DNA from: Phaeosaccion multiseriatum
Taxonomy: Eukaryota > Protista > Ochrophyta, other classes
DNA length: 64,000 bases
Assembly: GCA_965112735.1 (NCBI GenBank)
Contig: OZ218961.1
Location: forward strand, 2,914,001 to 2,978,000
Direction of reading: 5' to 3'
Shown here: in pieces, positions 39,446 to 51,848 of the stretch
Layout of the letters: the number at the start of each line of letters is the position of its first letter
How positions within the stretch are numbered: the first letter of the stretch is position 1
Made by a program: the position numbers and the translations under genes
Notes under the pieces: model-generated
What the model was told of the DNA's origin: nothing
Databases searched by the model: none
What the model saw: only the letters and a program-made list of their open reading frames with translations

Positions 39446-42400
39446 CTAGAGGTCTCCGAGGGCGGCATCAATCTCTTGCTGCAACGCGGCGGGAGCCACC
39501 CCTCTCTGGAGGCGCTCCCGAGCAAACTCAAAGAGCTCCTCGCCCAGCTCAGGGGTGCAGACTACCTGTGCGCAGGAAGGGGAGAGGCAACGGGGCAGAA
39601 GGGGAGTGAGTGAGTGAGGGAGGGGGGAAGTAAGTGAACGAGTGAGTGAGTGAGTGAGGGAGGGCGTGAACGATTGAGTGAGTGACTGAGTGAGGGCACC
39701 TGTGTACTGTCATTGCCGTATGCCCCCAGCGTAGCCCATATCGCAGAGACGCAAAAATAGGGCCCGACTTCAATAGCGCCCCCCTCTCCCTCCGCCCCTC
39801 CGTCCTCCCTCCTCCTACTTACCTTGCCACTTCCGCGACGAGACTCGCCAGGAGCGGCACCGTCCGCCTGTTGTGGAGTTGATGGCCTTGTTGTCACGCC
39901 CTTTCTTGTTCTAACCTGGGCATCCTTCCATCCAAAAGAAACGATTCCCATCATCTCTCGTGCGTCGATGCTATGCACCACGGAACAAGTCTGCAGCTGG
40001 TGTGGAGGCATCACGCATGAGCCGGAGGAGGAGGAAGAGGAGGGGGAGGAGGAGGAGACCGCCGCTCGCTCGGCACGGGCAAGGTGCTTGGCAGAGACAC
40101 TCAGCGTCCGCTCATCACTGCTGTAATGCACCAGCACGGGGGAAGCGGTCACTGCTGCCACTGCTGCTTCCTCTGCTGCTACTCCTACTTCTGCTGCTGC
40201 CCCACCCCCTCCTCCTCCAGCTCCTCCAGCTCCTCCTGCTCCTGAACTGGACTCTGCACGGCCGACCGAGCCGCCGTGCACTTGACCAGAGGACATGCTC
40301 CCACCCCCTTCCATTCGCTCCACCGTCCACCCTTGTTTGTTCAGCTTGCTCCTCAGCCAGGCGAAGGACTCCTCATCATCGGTATCATACATGAGCACCT
40401 TGTTGGGACTCTCAAGGCGTTCCCTTAGGCTCGACAAGAGCTGCCGCCGCCGGTCCGATGCCTGCTGCCGTCGCCTCTCTCTCTCCGAAAGCCTCGCTTC
40501 GCTAGTCCCCTGATCCTGCTGCTGTCGCTGCTCCTCCAAGAGCAGGAGCTCCGCTTCCTGCTCCAGAAGGACCATCTCCCCCTCAAAAGCCCCATCGTCT
40601 AATTCTTCCTCCTCCTGCTCCTCCTCCCCTTCCTCGTCCGCACCCCATTCGTTCTCCGCCTGTCGCCAGAAAACGCGTTCTTCAACCCCATCCTTTGGCA
40701 CCTCACCAACTCCACCTTCTAAATTACCCTCCCCTTCCTCTATAGTTATAACCCCCCCTTCTTCTCCTTGCCCGCTCCGCCGACCACTCCACCACCGGCT
40801 CACCCAGTGCCCCCCTACATTGGCAGAGTGCCGAATGGAGCTGCCGACAAGACCCATGTAGTTCAGCACAGGCGACAAAGCTCCACCGTCACCCGCACCA
40901 ACACGCTGAACTGTTGCTTTCCATCGTGTCTCCTCCTCCTCTCCCCCTGGTGCTCCGAGCGCTCCCTCTTCCTCTTCAGATGCACTACTGTCTTCACTAT
41001 GGCTGCCGTTGCTACCTCGCTGCCGCTGTAGTGACCCTTCTCCACTATCCTCCAACTCTCCTTCGTTGTGTCCGTCTCTCGGCACTGATGATGCCACTTC
41101 CTCCGTCGCAGCTTCGTGAGCCTCACCCATCCCACTCGGGGCAGCAGCAGCAGCGCCAGCAGCAGCAGCAGCAGGAGGAGCAGCAGCGGCGGCGGCAGCC
41201 CCCTGAACGGCGACTCCCTCTGCTGCTGCCAATGCTTCCATCGCTGCTCGTGACGCTTCCTCCGCTTCAGCGAGGACCTCTTCCGTCTCCGCCGCCTCTA
41301 CCGCAAGCTCTGCATCTGCCCGCTCCTCCTCTTTTTCTCGCGCCCTTTCGGCGTCTGCCGCCCTTTCCAGAGCCTCAATCGCCTCTACGGTGGCGTGCAC
41401 GTCACTCAGGTTACTGGTATGTGCCTCTTCAGCCCATGCGAGAATAGACGACAGCATTGCGGCCCTCACGTTGATGACGACGTCGGCACCAACCATATCG
41501 TCAAGCGCCTCTCTCCCACATTCCGCAGTCGCTCCTTCTCTTCCTCCTCCTCCTCCTCTTTCCCCCTGCCCCCCTCCCTCTATGTTCTGCCCGTCTCCTC
41601 TACTTACCGGACTTACTCGTTTTGCAATCTCTACAACCTTGGCCCAGATCCCCCCCATTCTCCCTCCTCCTTGTCCTTGTTCCATTTCGGCGGAAGTTGG
41701 AAGGTCCGCCAGAAGGACGCGGACTACTTGCATAGGCCTGGGCTTCTCGCCACCACCCTTCCCCGCGCCACTACCGCTGCTGCTGCCGCTGCTACTGTTG
41801 TTACTACTGCTACTAGTCCTCTCTCTCTCTTGCCGCTGATACTCTTGCTGCGCTGCATCTCCCAGCATTACTCCGCCCCAGATGGCCTGATCTACGCTCA
41901 GTCGCTGCTGCTGCTGCTCCGGCGATAGGGGAAAAGGAGGGCAAAAGGGACAGAGAGGCATAGAGGCATGCAGGATAGTTAGAGCTATGCAGTCGTCCTT
42001 CCTTGACATACTCACAAAGGCTGGCTCATGCTCAGGAAGGAAGGGGAAGCAGATAGGCCGAGAACGACTCCCTCCTGACCATCCCCCTCCCCCTTCCCTT
42101 CGCGCCATTTCTTCGTCTACTACTACTCCTGCTTCTTCTTCTTCTACTACTACTACTACGACTGCTACTACTACTACAACACACCTACGTAATTCTTAGG
42201 TTGATTCCGCTAAGTCAACTCATGTCCCCTACCTGCCGATGCCAAGCGGGCTTCCACCTGTGGTGAGCTTCTCTTCCCATGAGCTGCTGCGGGGCCGTAC
42301 TGGAAACAGCATCCGCCTCGACCAGCAGCATACCCCCGCCGTCGCTCTCGCTCTCGCTGTTGCTGTTGCCAGCCTTCGCATCCTCGCCTCCTCTCCAGGA

Positions 42401-43103
42401 CTCGGGAGGCGTAGCGGCCACCGGTAGCGCCCAGCCATCCTCCGCTCTCAATCGAAGCGACGACCTCTCCCCCGGTGCGCCTCTGGAGATTTGATGACCC
42501 AAGTTACACCACACAGGGGCAGGCAGGGAAAGGGCAAGAGGCTGTTGCTGCTGGTGCTGCTGCTGATGATGATGACCATCCTTTGAAGGTGGTGCTCCAC
42601 CGCCGTCCTCGTCGCCAGCGCCAGGATACTCGCCTCTTGAGGACCCCCTTCTTCTCCAATCTCCCACACTCTCCTCCTCAATCATTAGCCTGGTGAGTGG
42701 TGGCAACATCCCAGGCCCTACCCCATGCCCACTCCCATTCTCTCCCTCAACAAACATCACCACCGGTACTCGAGGCACCTCTCCTCTGCCCCCCTGCGCT
42801 CGGCAGCTGCGGAGGTGGGAGTGCAGCCCCTGTTGCGAGCACAAGCGAAGGGCCACTCCTGTTGATACTCCAAGAGTGGACGGCGTGGGGGCTGTAACGC
42901 CAGAAAGGACGCTTTCGCGGTACTCGTCTTGACCCCTTCGCCAAGCGACAAGGCTGCCTGCGGCAATGGTGAGGGCCGTGCCTTCGGTGGGTGGGCGGGG
43001 GGGGAAGGAAAAGGAGTAGGGTGGGGAATCAAGCCGAGCAGGTACGGGATCAGAAGAAAGGCATATTCGCTCCGCGAGTCGCAAATTGATTGCGTGAGGA
43101 AGA

Positions 43104-43147
<44 letters not shown>

Positions 43148-44120
43148 GTGTGTGTTGTGCGTGTGTGCGTGTGTGCGAGCGCGTGTGTGAGTCTCCCGTG
43201 TGGGCTACGGCCGAGGTATGCAAGCCCGCCAAATGTCACCTACCCGTGGCCAGACCGACTCTTAGAGCGCGCAAGGAAGACGGAAGGACTCCACCTCTCG
43301 CATGCAATTGCAGCGAAACAAGGGACGTTGGTGATGCTGAAGCTACAGCTGGCGATGGCCGCGGTAAGGGTACTGCCGACGGAGACGGGAGTCCTCGCTT
43401 GATGGCCTCTCCTGCTGCTGTAGACGGTGCTGTACACACAGGGGGTGAAGAAGAAGCCGCCCCCAGCGTCCCTACCGCACCATCTTTGTCCACGGCGGCA
43501 CGTCCTGTCGGCGTATCAGACACACGAGACGAAGGAGATAAAGGCGAGGGAGAAGACGGCGACAGTGACGCTGCTGCCGACGATAGCGATGCCGACGGAA
43601 GTCTTGGTCTCTTCAACGCCCCCTTCGCCTTATCGCTGGTGATTTCGCCCACTCCTCGCCTGTGCCTTTGTTGAAGAACAACCTGCGCGCTGAGGGAGTG
43701 TCCAACAAAGCTTGGTAGAGCATTGGCGAGTGCAAAACGTAACGCAAAAGCGAGGCGTTCCTGGCCACCACTATCCAGTGCTTTTTCGTCAAAGAAACCC
43801 ACATGTTGAGCGATCTCTGCTGCTCCGACTGCTGCCGTTGGCAGTGGTGATGCCGATGGGGGTTGTGGTGATGCAGAGGGCGAGGGTGAAGAGGCATCGG
43901 TGGAAGAAGACTGCGGGCGAGAGGGGGAAGGGGGCTGGTGCCTCTGCACGCTCAACCAGCCTTCTAGTCCAGCCAAAGCAAACGCCAGACCAGCAACGCC
44001 TCCTGCAGGTGCTGCGACCTCATCGAGCCATCCTCCAACGCGGCGCCTCACAAAGGGCCGACGCGCTGCCCTGCAAGCCTCGTCTGCCGCAGCCGCTGCT
44101 GCTTCCTCAGATGGCTGCAT
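39446..44120 (-). CDS. Large multi-exon hypothetical protein (acidic/coiled-coil, low complexity)
   Basis: Long ORFs 43236-44120, 42215-43084 and 39562-42108 are linked by plausible splice sites. Last exon VVCTPELGEELFEFARERL...LGDL* ends at 39446. No family recognised and the start is uncertain. Confidence 0.55.
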
Positions 44121-44265
44121 GCAGCCGACCCGCCCAAGGGCTTGCTTTTACCCCCTTTGTTGCAAAGATGCGCCAAAAGTGCGAATGCCATCCAGTGCCA
44201 TCCCCGTCCAGCTTCCCTTCTTCTTGTCATTAGGGACGACTTGCTTATCAGCCCTTCGCTAAGCC

Positions 44266-45062
44266 ATGGGCTATTGGGACCTTGACGATATCCTCATGGG
44301 AGAGGAGAGCGTGGCCTGCGTGTTTCAGGTGCAGGCAGTGGGCATGGGCCAGCTGGATTCAAGTTGCCACGAGCCTGACCTTCCGGAGGGATCAAAGGTG
44401 AGAGATAGGATTGAGAGGGAAGAGAACAGAAGATGTATGGGCTGATGGCTCACGAGTGACCTCTTTCGCCAGGTGGATTTGCCTCTGTGGTTAGGCCAAG
44501 CGATGAACAAGAAGCGGGCCGTTACTGTCGAGTTGCCGAAGCACTACTCCCTGCGCTTCAGACAGCAGCTCAAGGCCGGCGCCGTGGCCGTCAGTCTTCG
44601 AGAAAAGAGCCCCTTCTACTACGAAATTGGGGGAATCTTGGCAGGGCTGAGGGGGGACACAGACTTGAAGCTCACCCTCTTGGAGACGTACGGGACTCGC
44701 TTACAACAGATTTTGGACGTCAGTTTGAATAGCCAGGTGAGCAGCGAAGGAACGAAGAGTTGAGCAGCAAGGCGTCGTGCAATCCTGTCCGCCCCTCTCT
44801 CAGTATAAGTGGCCTGTTCTGTCGCTCATCAACCCCTCCCGCATGCTCCCTTGCTCTCTTGTCCTTGCCGTTCGATGTCACATCACCTCAGCACGAAGAC
44901 ATTGCCGATTTCACACGGAGCTTGCCTCACACAGAGAAGCTCCTGTTCGACGTCGGATACAACACCAGCGCTGAGTACAATCAGTGGAAGAGTCGGCAGA
45001 ACAGCAAATTAGCGGCGGCCAGGGGCGCGGGCCCATCGTCAAAGCGGAGAAGAGTGTCGTAG
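44266..45062 (+). CDS. GINS3: GINS complex subunit Psf3
   Basis: Exons 44266-44397, 44473-44736, 44892-45062. Sequence MGYWDLDDILMGEE, DLPEGSKVDLPLWL, VSLREKSPFYYEIG, TEKLLF. Confidence 0.92.
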
Positions 45063-46096
45063 CACCAAGTTTATATCTTCACGACTGGCAGGCCACAAAC
45101 GGGGTTGTGCTGCTGTGCTACTTGAATGCAGTCGGTCCTGCTGCTGTATCCCTCTGCTGCAGGTCCTCCCTCCTCTGTGTGGAACTATGGCCACAGTACC
45201 TTCCTGCCGAGGGGAGGGGAAGAAAACCTTTCTGAGAGGGAAAGGCGGAAGGGGGAACTTGAAGTGGATGAGATGCAAGTAGCAGCTGCGGCATCGATCG
45301 GCAGGGCAAGGCTTCGCTGGAGAAGGCAGAGATACCGCTGCTGACATGCCGCTACAGGGGGTGCGTCGTCGAGGTGAACAAGCCCCATGCCTAGAAGGCC
45401 GCCTCCATGCCCGGTCTAGGCGATGGTTTGCTGACATACTTCTTCATGTACCACTTCCCGATGGTCTGCCAACCTCGGGCTCCAGCCCGGCGGAAGGAAC
45501 CAACAAGGACGTAGGCGAGTTCGATCCACCTCAGTCTCTAGACCGCGGCATGGCTATTGAGCGACCTGATCCCCCCGGGGGGGGGGGGGGTGCAGCGGGC
45601 TCACTAAAACTGAAAACCGAGACGATGGTCTGTCTGCCTTCGCCGTCCATGAGGCTTGGGGTATATGTGGGAGGATTGGATAGGTTTGGCTTCGGCTAGC
45701 GGCAGTGGAGTGTAAATAGCCGAGAGAGAGAGAGCGGGGGTGAGTCCACAAAGGGCCAATCGACTGAACGGGGTGGGTTGGTTGGGTGTCATACGCACCC
45801 ACTCAAGCATGTGCATGTACAGGAGAGAGAGCTGTGCGGAAACGAAACGAAGCAATTGCCCCCCTCAGAGAGGGGCACGGTGGTGTGTGGATGGGGAGTG
45901 TATATACGAGTTTTAGCCCACTCAGTACTGTACCACAAACGTAACAAGAAAGACTCCGTACTCTAAGAACTAAGAGCAACTCTGCACTGGAGTCATCACT
46001 TACCTAACAACCCAAACAACGGTCTCAGCGAGTTTGAATAAGTGCATTGCGTTGTCCTCGTTCAGACCAGGGCAGCGTCATACTCTCTCGCCCATC

Positions 46097-46226
46097 CAGA
46101 AGGATGAGTGCGGGAGTGAGCACCACGCCGAGCAGGTTTCCGAGGGTGGCATGCCGCAGGGCCGCGGAGGTATTGCCGCCCGCTGCCTGCGTCAGGATCA
46201 CGCACATGTTTAGAGTGGTGGGGAGG
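46097..46226 (-). pseudogene. Isolated exon fragment of a sodium/bile-acid symporter (SLC10A7/BASS4-like)
   Basis: LPTTLNMCVILTQAAGGNTSAALRHATLGNLLGVVLTPALILL follows a pyrimidine tract and CAG. It matches the SBF-like core motif, and no other exons of the gene were seen nearby. Confidence 0.6.
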
Positions 46227-46628
46227 CTGGAGGGGAGGGGAGGGAGGGAGGGAGACACACACAAAGAGAGCGGGAGGGTGATGGGCCAGGTAGGCAGAAG
46301 GGGGGACGGCAGGAGTCCGTCAGGGGGTGGATCAATACACGCGAGGTAATCGCGGGGAGCAAGGAGCTTGAGCAGAAGCGCCCCCCGCCGGAGGCAGACA
46401 AATGAAAAAAAAGCCTCAAATGCCTCTGTCCTTCCTCACCACATCTGTGCAGGACCGGCGCCGGTCCCAAAACAGCTCAAGCGCCCCGCGTGATAATCGG
46501 ACAAGGGGGGGGGACGATCGGGGACGCACGCACGCACCATGAAGATCACGTGTTGGTACTCCGCGGCCATCTGTGAGAGCAACTAACATGTATCCAATCG
46601 TATCCAGCCGCGCGCGTTTGCTCTTCGG

Positions 46629-49600
46629 ATGAGGAGAGTATGCAGCAGCAGCAGAAGCGGGGGGAGGAGGTACAGATACGGGAGGCGGCGGAGACCTCCC
46701 GGTGGAAGAGATGCTCCGTCTGGCGCAGCCCCAGCCCCTGCCTGTGGTCTCACTCCAGCATATCTGGCAGCCTTTCACGCCACGGCACGCCAGCGGTGCT
46801 TGTCAAGCGGATGGGGTGTAACTTTCAGGGCGAGCAGTACCAGTGACGGGGCTTGTTTCTCAACAAGTAGTATCCCCCCTCCTTCTGCTGCTGACGACGC
46901 GTCCCCAGCGCCCTCGTTGTGGCTCGCGACACTGGAGCGTTTGGAGGCCGCGCGGGAGGCCAGGGACTGGGAGAGAGTGCGCGGCGAGTGGGAGGCGGCG
47001 GTGCGATCGCCACTGCCCATTGACGCGCCTCTTCTCGACGGAGTCGTGGAGGCTTTCGGCCACTGCGGCCGATGGGAAGAGACGCTTGGATTGCTGAGGG
47101 AGATCGAGACGCAGAAGTACGGAGCGTTGATACCACACGTTGCCCACTACAATGCCGCCATTGACGCCTGCGGCCGGGCTCGGAGATACGATGAAGCCAT
47201 GGGTCTCCTTCGGGAGATGCCTATCGCGGGATTGCAGCCGGACTCGCGGACCTATTCGGCTGCGATTGTGGCGTGTGGCTTCGCGGGGAGGGCAGACCAG
47301 GCACTGCAGCTTCTGAAGGACATGCAAGCACAGGGGCTTCCACCCGACAATCGCAATTTGAGCGCTGCTATCGCCGCTGTGGGCAGAGCTGGCCGGCCTG
47401 AAGAAGCGCTGCGGCTGCTGGAAAGAGTACCCGAGTACGGCTTGGAGACCCATGCCGGCAACTTCGCGGCCGCTATCCAGGTGTGCAGTCGGGCGGGATG
47501 GTTGGACGCGGCATGGGACCTGTGGGATGAGGTGCTGGCAGGAGACATCGTCCTGGATGCGTACCTGTACTCTGCGGCTTTGCGTCTCTGTGTCGCGTCG
47601 AGGAGATGGGACAGAGCTTTGGAGCTGCTGAGGGGCATGGAAGGGGAAGGCGTGATACCCGATCGATACCACTACGATATTGCGATGGATGCCTGCATCA
47701 AGAGCGGGGAGTACGACAAACCTCTGGAGCTGCTAAAGAGTATGAAGGAGGAGGGACCCGCTCCGAATGTAGTGAGCTACAACACTGCCATTGATGCATG
47801 CGGCAAGGCTGGTCGACACGTGGAGGCGTTGGGGTTGTTGAGGGAGATGAGGGAAGAAGGACCCGCTCCGGATGTAAGGAGCTACACCGCCGCTATTCAT
47901 GCATGTGCCAAGGCCGGTCGGCACGTGGATGCATTGGGGTTGGTGAGGGAGATGAAGGAAGAAGGACCCGCTCCTGAAGCATGGAGCTACAATGCTGCCA
48001 TTGATGCATGCGCCAAGGCCGGTCGACACGTGGAAGCGTTGAGGTTGCTGAGGGAGATGAAGGAAGGAGGACCTTCTCCGAATGTAGTGAGCTACAACGC
48101 TGCCATTGATGCATGCGCCAAGGCCGGTCGACACGTGGATGCATTGGGGTTGCTGAGGGAGATGAAGGAAGAAGGACCCGCTCCGGACGTAAGGAGCTAC
48201 ACCGCTGCTATTGACGCATGCGGCAAGGCCGGTCAACACGTGGATGCATTGGTTTTGTTGAGGGAGATGAAGGAAGAAGGACCCTCTCCGGATGAAGTGA
48301 GCTACAATGCTGCCATTGATGCATGCGCCAAGGCCGGTCGACACGTGGAAGCGTTGAGGTTGCTGAGGGAGCTGAAGGAAGAAGGACCCGCTCCGAATGT
48401 AAGGAGCTACAGTGCTGCCATTGATGCATGCGCCAAGGCCGGTCGACACGTGGAAGCGTTGAGGTTGCTGAAGGAGATGAAGGAAGGAGGACCTACTCCG
48501 GATGTAAGGAGCTACAACGCTGCTATTAACGCATGCGCCAAGGCCGGTCGACACGTGGAGGCATTGAGGTTGCTGAGGGAGATGAAGGAGGGAGGACCCG
48601 CTCCTGAAGCATGGAGCTACAACGCTGCTATTGACGCATGCCGCAAGGCCGGTCGACACGTGGATGCATTGGGGTTGCTGAGGGAGATGAAGGAAGAAGG
48701 ACCCGCTCAGGACGTAAGGAGCTACACCGCTGCTATTGACGCATGCGGCAAGGCCGGTCGACACGTGGATGCATTGGTTTTGTTGAGGGAGATGAAGGAA
48801 GGAGGACCCGCTCCGGATGTATGGAGCTACAGTGCTGCTATTAATGCATGCGGCAAGGTTGGTCAATATATGGAGGCGTTGGGGTTGTTGAGGGAGATGA
48901 GGGAAGGAGGACCTACTCCGGATGTAAGGAGCTACACCGCCGCCATTGATGCATGCGCCAAGGCCGGTCGACACGTGGAAGCGTTGAGGTTGCTGAAGGA
49001 GATGAAGGAAGGAGGACCTACTCCGGATGTAAGGAGCTACAACGCTGCTATTAACGCATGCGCCAAGGCCGGTCGACACGTGGAGGCATTGAGGTTGCTG
49101 AGGGAGATGAAGGAAGGAGGACCAACTTCTAATGTTGTGAGCTACACCATCGCCATTGATGCATGTGCCAAGGGTGGTCAGTACATGGAGGCGTTGAGGT
49201 TGCTGAGGGAGATGAAGGAAGGAGGACCCGCTCCAAACGTAAGGAGCTACAACACCGCCATTCATGCGTGCGCCAATGCTTGTCAGCACATTGAGGCGTT
49301 GGGGCTCTTCAGGGAGATGAAGGCTGAAGGACTGGTTCCGGACTCAGTCACCTACACCGCCACCATTATCGCTTTGCAGGAAGGCGGCGACGAGGAGGCT
49401 GCTGACGAGGTGTACGCAGAGGCCGTGTCGTGGGGGGTGTTTAAACACTGGGTGGGGCTGGGGAGGGACGTGGACTTGAGACGCTTCGGCATGGGAGTGG
49501 GCAAGGCAGCGCTTCGTCACGTGCTTTCAGAGGCGAAGGTGGAGAGTGTGATCAACGTCATCACAGGCAGAGGAAAGCTGCCCGCGGTGCTGGCCTACTT

Positions 49601-49685
49601 GCAGGAGAGAGCAGGAGTTGAAGTGTGGGAAGACAAACACCACCCCGGGAGAGTGGTGATGCGAGTCGCTGGTACGAAGTACTAA
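46629..49685 (+). CDS. Intronless P-class PPR protein with C-terminal SMR-like domain, probably mitochondrial
   Basis: 1018 aa. Arg/Ser-rich, acid-poor N-terminus. About 22 35-aa PPR motifs. The C-terminal VDLR...AALRHVL...INVITGRGK is typical of SMR. Confidence 0.92.
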   Translation: MRRVCSSSRSGGRRYRYGRRRRPPGGRDAPSGAAPAPACGLTPAYLAAFHATARQRCLSSGWGVTFRASSTSDGACFSTSSIPPPSAADDASPAPSLWLATLERLEAAREARDWERVRGEWEAAVRSPLPIDAPLLDGVVEAFGHCGRWEETLGLLREIETQKYGALIPHVAHYNAAIDACGRARRYDEAMGLLREMPIAGLQPDSRTYSAAIVACGFAGRADQALQLLKDMQAQGLPPDNRNLSAAIAAVGRAGRPEEALRLLERVPEYGLETHAGNFAAAIQVCSRAGWLDAAWDLWDEVLAGDIVLDAYLYSAALRLCVASRRWDRALELLRGMEGEGVIPDRYHYDIAMDACIKSGEYDKPLELLKSMKEEGPAPNVVSYNTAIDACGKAGRHVEALGLLREMREEGPAPDVRSYTAAIHACAKAGRHVDALGLVREMKEEGPAPEAWSYNAAIDACAKAGRHVEALRLLREMKEGGPSPNVVSYNAAIDACAKAGRHVDALGLLREMKEEGPAPDVRSYTAAIDACGKAGQHVDALVLLREMKEEGPSPDEVSYNAAIDACAKAGRHVEALRLLRELKEEGPAPNVRSYSAAIDACAKAGRHVEALRLLKEMKEGGPTPDVRSYNAAINACAKAGRHVEALRLLREMKEGGPAPEAWSYNAAIDACRKAGRHVDALGLLREMKEEGPAQDVRSYTAAIDACGKAGRHVDALVLLREMKEGGPAPDVWSYSAAINACGKVGQYMEALGLLREMREGGPTPDVRSYTAAIDACAKAGRHVEALRLLKEMKEGGPTPDVRSYNAAINACAKAGRHVEALRLLREMKEGGPTSNVVSYTIAIDACAKGGQYMEALRLLREMKEGGPAPNVRSYNTAIHACANACQHIEALGLFREMKAEGLVPDSVTYTATIIALQEGGDEEAADEVYAEAVSWGVFKHWVGLGRDVDLRRFGMGVGKAALRHVLSEAKVESVINVITGRGKLPAVLAYLQERAGVEVWEDKHHPGRVVMRVAGTKY
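47769..49343 (+). repeat. 15 x 105-bp near-identical tandem repeat (PPR array)
   Basis: Period is exactly 105 bp, with a 525-bp higher-order duplication. Confidence 0.95.
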
Positions 49686-51025
49686 GTAGAATTAGAGGTA
49701 GTGTGTTTGGGGGGCAGGGAGGCAATGAGAGCAGCCCTGAGGCCAGCGGAGCGGGGAAGGGTATGAGCAGAGGCAGTGACAACAGCAGAGAGAAGCTGAG
49801 ACAACTGACAACTCCACCGCAGCCCCTGCCCACCCCGGACGCATCACGGTCAAGCATATTCCATCGCAAGGAGGTAGCGGCAAGAGCCAGGCAGGTGGAC
49901 AATCTTGCCCTGTTGCCTGTGGACGGCAGCTGGAGCTGAAGTTGGACGGACAAGAGGGGGTGATGCGTCCCTGCCTTTCTTGCCAGCAGGAGCAGTTACG
50001 GAGAAGCAAGACGGGCATCGTTTCCCCAGCAGGGATAACAGAAGGAGCCGAACTGTTCTCATGGACTTGGAACCCATTCTGTGGGTAGCGGGGCTGACCT
50101 TGTAAGCTCCTCGGTCACCCGCTACAACCACCATCCGTGTGGGTACTCGTTGCAGTGTGTCGAAATCAACTTCGCGAGCTTGTACGACCAACTCGTCCTC
50201 CTCAAGTACTGTGGGGGGGGGGGGAAGATGCTGCGGCACCATTATATAATTATATATATTGTATGCAGTTACGAGTGAGATTCGTTCTCGAGGGCTCTTA
50301 GGGTGGCGGGGCTCCCACTCATGACCTACCCTGCTTGTCTGCCTGCTTGCCTGCCCGATGTCCTGCATATCAACCATCTCTCTTATCTATTGGCCCTGGC
50401 CTGTATGTTGCTGGCGACGGCGCTACCGATGAGCAACTGGAGGGGGTGTATGATGAGCAGCGGGGTGGTGAGCAGGCCGAGGTGAGGGCTTCCCTCGAAC
50501 ATTGTGGTGAGGAGGGGGATGCCCAGCGCAAGTGTCTTTATGAGAGCCCGCAAACAGCAGAGCGATGCGGTCCTCTGTCAATCCGCATGGGCCATAAGGG
50601 TCTTACGTAAGGGTGCCTGGAAGCCTAATGGGCCCCCCCCCCCTCCCCCCCAATGCCTCTATGGCCGAGTTGAGTCGTTCTTGTTACGGTGGGCAATATG
50701 GGAATGCAATAAGACAATAAGACCCTCCGAGTCTTTGGTCACATGAGTCGCACTGAAGGTCAGTGGCTACTCTTACATACAACAGCAAAGACGTACAGTG
50801 CATCGGCACAACTCTCTCCCTCTTCCTTCTATAACTATCACATTACTTCTCCCCCTTTCCTTCCCCCTTCGCACACGCCCCACCAGCAGCAGCCCATCCT
50901 CCCTGTGAACTTCTTAATTCCCCTCCAACTTCACACCTTCGCCGGCCTGTCGCTTCCCTCCTTCCCCTTACTTTCTCTCCGACATTCGCCCCTCACCCCT
51001 GCATACTCTGCTTCCTCTACTACCA

Positions 51026-51555
51026 CTACTCCTTCTCGTAGAAGCCCATATTCACCTGCTGTCTCTCCCTGTCCATACCCGCCAGTCGAGGCGTTGCTTC
51101 ATCTGAGCGAACGGAGGCACCGCCGTTGCTGGCCATCGATAGCCTCAGCCCCTCCAATGGACCCATCCCGTCTACGGAGTCCCTCTCCATGTGACTCAGT
51201 CGCGAGAGGGCAATGGTCCCGGCGCCCTCCCCACCCACGGAACCGTTTACAGATCTCGACCAGTCTGCCGAGGACCGGTGGGAGGAGCCGGAGCGCCCCT
51301 TGTCGTTACTGGTGGCGCTGCTGTAACTGTGGCCCGTCCCGCCAACAGCAGCAGCACCACCATCACCACCACGCTTGCTTGCCGCTGCGTTGGCTCGGAT
51401 GAGTGGGTCATGATTCTCCTCTTCGTCCTTCTCGTCGTAAGTCTGTCCCAGCAGGGCGGTGTCCCACGAGGCTATCAGGTCATAGTGATCGGTTACCGAC
51501 ACACTCCTTGCAGGAAAGTCTTCGCCGGTCAAGCCAAGGCCTTTTAATGAGGCGC

Positions 51556-51616
<61 letters not shown>

Positions 51617-51808
51617 GCTGTTGTTGTTGCCAGTAGGCAGCATGCACGTCAGGGCGTCTCCTCCTCCCTTGCTGCTACCGAAGCTGACGCTGGACTCGCT
51701 CCTCCTTCTACCCTGACTTCGACGCGAGGAGCGCGTTGAAGAAGAGGAGGAGGAGGAGAATGGCCTGCCGTCAGCAGCGGCAGCAGCCGCAGCAGCAGCA
51801 GCCGCCGC

Positions 51809-51848
<40 letters not shown>

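Noticed and set aside
922-45062. Replication gene cluster (TOP6A, POLD2, GINS3)
   Set aside because: Separated by many unrelated genes, so compatible with chance.
47733-49289. 518-aa antisense ORF with 35-aa repeats
   Set aside because: Shadow of the PPR array. A single stop-free repeat unit propagates the open frame.
47769-49343. CRISPR-like periodicity
   Set aside because: Contiguous coding repeats without unique spacers, in a eukaryotic context.
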